In this document: positions 58,563 through 64,000 of the stretch, one piece after another
How the letters are laid out: each line of letters starts with the position of its first letter
How positions within the stretch are numbered: position 1 is the stretch's first letter
DNA from: a bacterium
Lineage (GTDB): Bacteria; Patescibacteriota; Minisyncoccia; Phycocordibacterales; UBA2100
Length of the DNA stretch: 64,000 bases
Direction of reading: 5' to 3'
Assembly (NCBI GenBank): GCA_030674455.1
Contig: JAUSGQ010000007.1
Span: forward strand, 19,947-83,946
Program-made: the position numbers and the translations under genes
Notes under the pieces: generated by a model
What the model was told of the DNA's origin: nothing
The model's input: only the letters and a program-made list of their open reading frames with translations
Databases searched by the model: none

Positions 58563-59726
58563 ATGTCCTTGTCATTTGCACATAAGCGCGAAAGGGTCAT
58601 CGCAGTCGCCGATATTGCGAGCGACAGCGCGGGCGCTTGCATTGCGCTCGTGCGCGACGACGCGCCTGCTTCAATTATTTGCGCGGAACGTTCATCGCTC
58701 ACATACGACGAGAAATCACCGGAGCAAGCAATAACCAGCATCCTTTCTCTTCTTGAAGACGCGAGCGCAAAGGTGATGCGCATATATTCAAAGTTACCGA
58801 ATGCAGATAAGCGGCCGATTTCTTCCGTACACGCGATAATTCATACGCCTCTCGTAACTTCGCAAACTGAGCGAGCTGATACTTCATTCAAAACAGAAGA
58901 ACTCATAACGCACAATGTTATCGGGAATCTGGCGAGAACGGCTCTCACAGGCCAGAAAGACTTGGACAAGGCGCGATTATTTGAAGCCGGCGTTGCAAGC
59001 ATAGAGCTGAACGGTTACCGGACGGGGCGTCCGGTCGGCAGGCGCGCCCACAATGTTTCCGTCGCGGCACTCATCTCGCAATGCGAGCCGGAACTTCGCG
59101 CCAAAATCGTCGACACATTGCGAAAGGGATTCGGCGTGCAAAATCCGGTGCTTCACAGCGACACGCGCGCGATTCTACTCGGCACGCATGCCAACTCAAT
59201 TCGCACGAACATCCACTTTACGATTGACGTCTCCGGCTACTCAACGAATTGCGTGGTCATTCACAAGGATGCCGCCGCAGAGCATCTTGTCGTCCCCGAA
59301 GGAGTGCGGACAATTTTGAAACGCATCGCCGGGAAGGGACTGGCAGAAGAGAAACTTTCTCTGATGAAGATGGTGTCGCGCGATTCGTGCACCACAACAG
59401 CCTGCGAGGAACTCAATGCCACACTCGCGCGCGTCGAACCGGAGCTTGTGAAGATTTTTGGCGAAGCCTTCAGTAAACTCATTTCCGAGCGCCGCATGCC
59501 CAACGACCTCGTGCTTATAGTCGCTCCGGATTTCGCGCCATGGATGAGCAATTTCTTTTCCCGTATTGATTTCGGGCAATTTACGGTCACCGCGAGACAA
59601 TTTTCAGTCCACGCCCTCACACCCGAGGCCATGCGCGATTCCGTCTCGGGCAATTTAGGGCCAAAGGTTGACGCCTGGCTCTCGCTAGGCACCGCACTTG
59701 CCAGCGCAGATGAGAAATCCACATAA
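58563..59726 (+). CDS. Divergent FtsA/actin-fold-like CPR protein
   Basis: VADIASDSAG, IELNGY, IDVSGYST; family assignment from recall. Confidence 0.55.
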   Translation: MSLSFAHKRERVIAVADIASDSAGACIALVRDDAPASIICAERSSLTYDEKSPEQAITSILSLLEDASAKVMRIYSKLPNADKRPISSVHAIIHTPLVTSQTERADTSFKTEELITHNVIGNLARTALTGQKDLDKARLFEAGVASIELNGYRTGRPVGRRAHNVSVAALISQCEPELRAKIVDTLRKGFGVQNPVLHSDTRAILLGTHANSIRTNIHFTIDVSGYSTNCVVIHKDAAAEHLVVPEGVRTILKRIAGKGLAEEKLSLMKMVSRDSCTTTACEELNATLARVEPELVKIFGEAFSKLISERRMPNDLVLIVAPDFAPWMSNFFSRIDFGQFTVTARQFSVHALTPEAMRDSVSGNLGPKVDAWLSLGTALASADEKST

Positions 59727-59866
59727 AAGAGTATCTTGTATACTGTATGCTGTATTCAGTATGATAGAATCATCGTTATACACTTTAGTTGCGAGAGGGA
59801 GTTGTGTATTTATGAGTTATACTAAATACTAATACGGAATACTGTATACCGTATACTAATTTTGAT

Positions 59867-61249
59867 ATGGCTAAAGACTATTTCCAGGACATTCTGCAAC
59901 CGGATGATGGTAAACCAGCAAGTTCCTTTGTTACTGGCAAGAATCTGCGCGACGCAGGTCAGGAATCACAAGGTGCAGGCGAGCGCTCAATAAGAAACAT
60001 CACGGTCACACGCGCTTCGCGCCCTCGTGGAATGTCCAGCGATGTGAGAGATTCTGTCTCCGAGCCGCAGCCGCCATACGAAAGGTCTAGTTTGGGAGGC
60101 CAGCGGCGCGTTTGGATTTGGGTAGTTGCGGCGATTTCGGTCGTCGTTCTGGGTGTACTTGCGATTTTTGCATTCCGCAGCACGGCGATAACGGTAACGC
60201 AGAGGTCACGTCCGATAATCTTCGACCAGTCCGTGCATTTCGTTGCTAACGCGACCGCAGATGACCCTACTGCACTTACATACACAGTCGTCACCAACGA
60301 ACTTGAAGACACTGCCGTAGTTCCGTCAAACGGAACAGAGCGCGTGGAAGAAAAGGCAAGCGGAACGATACAAGTTTTCAATTCATATTCCGCAGCTCCC
60401 GTACGTCTTATAAAAAACACGAGATTCTCGACACCTGACGGTTTGATTTTCAGAGTTCCCGCAACTGTCGTGATTCCGGGAAAGAAGGGGACTACGCCCG
60501 GCTCCGTGGAGGTTACCGTTTCTGCCGATCAGGCGGGCGAGAAGTACAAAGTCGGTCCGATTGATAAATTTACTCTGCCCGGCCTAAAGACAAGTCCGGA
60601 AATGTACAAAGGAGTATACGGGCGTTCCACTGCGGCATTTACCGGAGGCTTCATCGGCGACAGGCCAGCCATGGAGGCAGGCGCGCTTGATGCTGCAAAA
60701 GCCGAGGTTCGTGGCCGCTTGGAAACTAAGGCGCGCGACGGCGCACGCGCACTCGGGAATGATACATCGACAGTCTTTCCGGATCTGATACGCATCACCT
60801 ACGAATCACTGCCGCCGACGGCAGAAGCTGGCGGAGGTTCTCGCATCCACGAAAAAGCCAGAGTTGAAATCCCTGTACTGCCTGCGCAAGCATTCGCGAA
60901 AACTGTCGTGGAGGGAGTCGGCGAGAATACGGAGGGCACAAGCTTTACGATTCAAGGCTTGGATAATCTGACCGCAAGAGGCGGTGCGACAATTTCTAAT
61001 GTAGCACTTGGCAAAGACGCGATTGATTTCACGCTCTCGGGCAATGCGGTACTCGTTTGGAATGTCGATTCTGCAGCACTCGCGGCGGCTCTCGCCGGAC
61101 GAGATGAAAGTGCATTTCAGGGCATAATAACTGGCTTTCCTAGCATTCAGGAAGCTCGCGCCAGAATCGAACCTTTTTGGAAGAGCACATTCCCTGCATC
61201 GGCTTCCGACATCAAAGTTGAGTTCGCGCCGCTTCAATCGTCGCAATAG
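59867..61249 (+). CDS. Membrane-anchored baseplate-J-like-domain CPR protein
   Basis: TM, KASGTI.VFN, LIKNTRF..DGLIF, V.ADQAGEKY, FTGG. Confidence 0.65.
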   Translation: MAKDYFQDILQPDDGKPASSFVTGKNLRDAGQESQGAGERSIRNITVTRASRPRGMSSDVRDSVSEPQPPYERSSLGGQRRVWIWVVAAISVVVLGVLAIFAFRSTAITVTQRSRPIIFDQSVHFVANATADDPTALTYTVVTNELEDTAVVPSNGTERVEEKASGTIQVFNSYSAAPVRLIKNTRFSTPDGLIFRVPATVVIPGKKGTTPGSVEVTVSADQAGEKYKVGPIDKFTLPGLKTSPEMYKGVYGRSTAAFTGGFIGDRPAMEAGALDAAKAEVRGRLETKARDGARALGNDTSTVFPDLIRITYESLPPTAEAGGGSRIHEKARVEIPVLPAQAFAKTVVEGVGENTEGTSFTIQGLDNLTARGGATISNVALGKDAIDFTLSGNAVLVWNVDSAALAAALAGRDESAFQGIITGFPSIQEARARIEPFWKSTFPASASDIKVEFAPLQSSQ

Positions 61250-61446
61250 TTTCTTCTCTCGATGCTTTTCCCGTCTTTCACTCCTCATAATGCGGCTTCG
61301 GGGTTGACTCGCCGGCAATTAACTGATATTGTCCCCTGCGCAGATATGTCCGTACACACGAATTACCGCAATCAATTTGTTGCAGTGATTTCGAGAGTAC
61401 TTCTGTCGGCCGGAATGTCATCGCGCTTTTCTTTCGTGTGATGAAT

Positions 61447-61653
61447 ATGGCCGAACAAGAATCTGTGGAAGGAGTTGTTGAGGAAGCTCTTCCGAATACG
61501 CTTTTTCGAGTGAGAATGCCGTCGGGAGAATTAGTAATCGCGTATCTGGCCGGCAAGATGCGCCTGCACAGGATAAAAGTCCTTGTGGGAGATAAGGTTT
61601 CCGTGCATCTCGACCCATACGGAGGTCGCGCGCGAATTATAAGGAGGGTTTAG
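61447..61653 (+). CDS. infA: Translation initiation factor IF-1
   Basis: EALPNTLFRV, GKMR..IKVLVGD.V..DPY. Confidence 0.97.
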   Translation: MAEQESVEGVVEEALPNTLFRVRMPSGELVIAYLAGKMRLHRIKVLVGDKVSVHLDPYGGRARIIRRV

Positions 61654-61752
61654 TTCCAATCTGCAAATGAATTCCAATCTACAAATAACTACAAATGAGA
61701 AAGCGGATATTCGTAGCCATTTGTAGTATTCGTATCATTCGTATATTGGTAC
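61653..61752. mobile_element. 100-bp foldback element, copy 6
   Basis: gttccaatct...atattggtac between infA and rpmJ. Confidence 0.85.
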
Positions 61753-61758
61753 ATATTT

Positions 61759-61872
61759 ATGAAGGTAAAAGCATCAGTTAAAAAGATATGCATGCATTGC
61801 AAACATGTAAAGCGCCACGGGCGTCTTTTGGTTATCTGCTCCAACCCGCGGCATAAACAGAGGCAGGGATAA
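61759..61872 (+). CDS. rpmJ: 50S ribosomal protein L36 (absent from the ORF track)
   Basis: [37 protein letters not shown]. Confidence 0.97.
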   Translation: MKVKASVKKICMHCKHVKRHGRLLVICSNPRHKQRQG

Positions 61873-62030
61873 GCACGAAATCCGAAACTCGAAATCCGAA
61901 AAAACACAAAATATGAAAAATATAAAAAAGATTCCAGAAATACAGCGAGGTGGCTTGAGTTTTGGATTTAGAATTTATAATTTTGCCTATTTTTCGGATT
62001 TCGTGCTTCGTGCTTCGAATTTCTAAATTA
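61873..62030. repeat. Heptamer-periodic foldback (GCACGAA/AAATCCG)
   Basis: aagcacgaaatccgaaa versus tttcggatttcgtgctt perfect 17-bp arms. Confidence 0.8.
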
Positions 62031-62032
62031 TT

Positions 62033-62416
62033 ATGTTGCGTATCTCAGGAGTAACCGTGCCGGAAAATAAGCGCCTCGAAATAGCGCTCACATCTATATA
62101 TGGTGTCGGCCGTTCTCGTGCGCTTTCCGTTCTTTCGCAACTCGGCATAGACGCTGGCAAGCGCGCATCTCAACTATCTGCTACTGACGAAAACAAGCTG
62201 CGCGTGTCTATCGAAAAGTTTGCCGTGGAGGGCGAGCTCAAGCGCCAGATAAGCAGCCACATCAGGCGCCTCAAAGACATTAAATCGTATCGAGGGTCCC
62301 GGCACGCAAAGCATCTGCCGGCGCGCGGCCAGAGAACAAAAACCAATTCTCGCACCACCCGCGGCAATGTTCGCAAGACAATGACATCCGGCAAGCGCAA
62401 ACTCGAAAAGACATAG
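62033..62416 (+). CDS. rpsM: 30S ribosomal protein S13
   Basis: ALTSIYGVG, YRG.RH..LPARGQRTKTNSRT. Confidence 0.98.
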   Translation: MLRISGVTVPENKRLEIALTSIYGVGRSRALSVLSQLGIDAGKRASQLSATDENKLRVSIEKFAVEGELKRQISSHIRRLKDIKSYRGSRHAKHLPARGQRTKTNSRTTRGNVRKTMTSGKRKLEKT

Positions 62417-62427
62417 TCTTTTCTAGA

Positions 62428-62553
62428 AAGTAGCAAGTATCAAGTATCATGTATCAAACAATATCCAAGCATCAAATCAATAAATCAAAAACTTTCACTT
62501 ATCACTTAATTACTGATACTTATTTGATACTTGCTAATTGAGACTTGATACTT
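62428..62553. repeat. Heptamer-periodic foldback (AAGTATC/GATACTT)
   Basis: aagtagc aagtatc aagtatc atgtatc versus gatactt..gatactt gctaatt gagactt gatactt. Confidence 0.8.
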
Positions 62554-62561
62554 AATGTAAT

Positions 62562-62996
62562 ATGGGAAAAAAACGTATAATCAGAAAATCAGGAGGCAGC
62601 GTGGATGCGGGTCTAAAATCGCGCTCGCTTGCTCGGGTAGCCAAGAAGAACCTCGTATCGGGCATTCTCAATATTCACGCGACATACAACAACACCAAGA
62701 TACTTCTTGCCGACAAGGATGGAAACACTGTTGCGTGGTCATCCTCCGGCGCTCTTGGATTCTCCGGCGCAAAGAAAGGCACTCCTTTTGCAGCCGCCAA
62801 GGTGGGTGAAATAGTCGGCGACAAAGCGAATATAATCGGCATTAAAGAAGTTGATGTGGTTATCCGCGGCGTCGGCGCTGGGCGCGAATCCGCACTGCGC
62901 GCATTCGCGGGAAAGGGAATTGACGTATTACGCATTTCAGACGATACACCGATTCCTCACAACGGCCCGCGCCCGCCGAAGCCGAGGAGAATTTAA
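62562..62996 (+). CDS. rpsK: 30S ribosomal protein S11
   Basis: ATYNNT, KKGTPFAA, GAGRESA, TPIPHNG. Confidence 0.98.
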   Translation: MGKKRIIRKSGGSVDAGLKSRSLARVAKKNLVSGILNIHATYNNTKILLADKDGNTVAWSSSGALGFSGAKKGTPFAAAKVGEIVGDKANIIGIKEVDVVIRGVGAGRESALRAFAGKGIDVLRISDDTPIPHNGPRPPKPRRI

Positions 62997-63032
62997 TAGA
63001 AAAATAATGAGTTTACGAATATATTTTTCATT

Positions 63033-63131
63033 ACCCAGCACCTTTAACATCAAATTATTTATTGAATATGAGTCACAAAACAGATACTATCCTGCAGTTC
63101 AGCGACCGATATCACGTGAAAGGTGCTGGGT
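63033..63131. mobile_element. 99-bp miniature inverted-repeat element
   Basis: Perfect 13-bp TIR acccagcaccttt/aaaggtgctgggt. Confidence 0.7.
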
Positions 63132-63175
63132 GTAAGATTTACTAAACTCGTTATCACTCGTTAAGAAAATCTAAC

Positions 63176-63793
63176 ATGCTTCAAATTAAATCAAAATACA
63201 AAATTGCCAAACGCCTCGGTGCCGGAATTTTCGAGCAGACGCAAACTCAAAAGTTCGCACTTTCAGAGGCGCGCTCAAAAGCGACCAAAACTCCTCGCGG
63301 AAGACGCGGCGGTTCCGATTACGGACGACAGCTTTTGGAAAAACAACGCCTTCGATTTACATACGGACTTTCAGAGCGCCAGCTATCCAACTATGCGGAA
63401 GAAGCGTTTTCACAGCCGAATCCGCCGGCTGCTCTTCACAAAGCTCTTGAAATGCGCGCCGATAATGCCGCCTATCGCGCAGGAATAGCTACAACCAGGA
63501 GAGCCGCGCGTCAAATCGTTTCCCACGGCCACATAACGGTCAACGGAAAACGAATAACGATACCTTCGTACAAGGTTCACAAGGGAGATGTCATCGCGGT
63601 ACGCGAGGGAAGCCGCACGAGTTCGCTCTTTACCAGATTAACTGACCCGGAGGAGGCATCTAAAGGAACAAAGTCTGCATGGATAGTGCTTGATGCGCCG
63701 CTTATGAAGGCGGAGGTGGTGGAAGAGCCGACCTACACGCCAGCGGAGAGCGGAATTGACTATTCGACAGTGTTTGAGTTTTATAGCAGATAG
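63176..63793 (+). CDS. rpsD: 30S ribosomal protein S4
   Basis: SDYGRQLLEKQ, LEMRADN, ARQIVSHGH, EFYSR. Confidence 0.98.
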   Translation: MLQIKSKYKIAKRLGAGIFEQTQTQKFALSEARSKATKTPRGRRGGSDYGRQLLEKQRLRFTYGLSERQLSNYAEEAFSQPNPPAALHKALEMRADNAAYRAGIATTRRAARQIVSHGHITVNGKRITIPSYKVHKGDVIAVREGSRTSSLFTRLTDPEEASKGTKSAWIVLDAPLMKAEVVEEPTYTPAESGIDYSTVFEFYSR

Positions 63794-63889
63794 TGTTATA
63801 ATTGCACCCGTTTTTTGTCACATCGGCTCTATTTATTAATTTTAGTATTATTTATTTAGCGTTTATTAATTAGATTTTTCGTATTTGAT

Positions 63890-64000
63890 ATGTCTGACTA
63901 CCACATAGCCCTGCCTTCCAAGCCTCGTGTTGTTTCCGAATCCGAAAGGAGCGGTACATACGAGATAGACGGATTGTACCCGGGTTATGGATACACTCTC
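63890..64000 (+). CDS. rpoA: RNA polymerase alpha subunit, 3'-truncated by the window edge
   Basis: MSDYHIALPSKP..YEIDGLYPGYGYTL; follows rpsD. Confidence 0.9.
   Translation, partial: MSDYHIALPSKPRVVSESERSGTYEIDGLYPGYGYTL

Noticed and set aside
59867-61249. Prophage or tailocin
   Set aside because: No other structural, terminase or integrase genes; housekeeping context.
30843-61752. TACRAAT-rich repeats as a CRISPR array
   Set aside because: Copies are dispersed single foldbacks with no repeat-spacer periodicity and no cas1/cas2.
61689-61907. Small ORFs built from repeats (also 7890-8243, 30835-31146, 47024-47293)
   Set aside because: Low-complexity translations of foldback elements or antisense to real genes such as rpmJ.
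1-64000. Alternative genetic code (UGA=Gly)
   Set aside because: Conserved genes are full length in code 11 and several end correctly at TGA (purF, tyrS, uvrA, dnaB, alaS).

Overview
The window looks like a streamlined Patescibacteria (CPR) chromosome segment, probably Parcubacteria. It uses code 11 (TGA is a stop), and the taxonomy is inferred from gene content, not shown directly. The coding content is mostly housekeeping: hisIE end, purF, pyrB, carAB, lysS, tyrS, alaS, uvrABC, murB, ddl, mltG, dnaB, recR, rmuC, mnmA, ung, infA-rpmJ-rpsM-rpsK-rpsD-rpoA and tRNA-Ala(TGC), plus a MacAB-like ABC exporter, peptidases, nucleases and orphans. The striking signal is non-coding. (i) One REP-associated HUH/Y1 transposase (RAYT-like) is bracketed by its own inverted hairpins, and at least seven families of short palindromic or inverted-repeat elements are scattered through the window. 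About ten of these elements sit in frame inside conserved proteins. (ii) ~100-bp foldback elements fill the stop-to-start junctions of operons, including all four infA-rpsD junctions. (iii) In four places a synonymously diverged copy of a gene terminus lies beside such elements, suggesting insertion with replacement of the gene end. (iv) Two unlinked candidate small RNAs share a CCUAUC/GAUAGG hairpin. (v) Housekeeping genes look leaderless, whereas orphans carry SD motifs. No database searches were run; family calls rest on recognised motifs, and several starts were moved downstream of the ORF-track starts.
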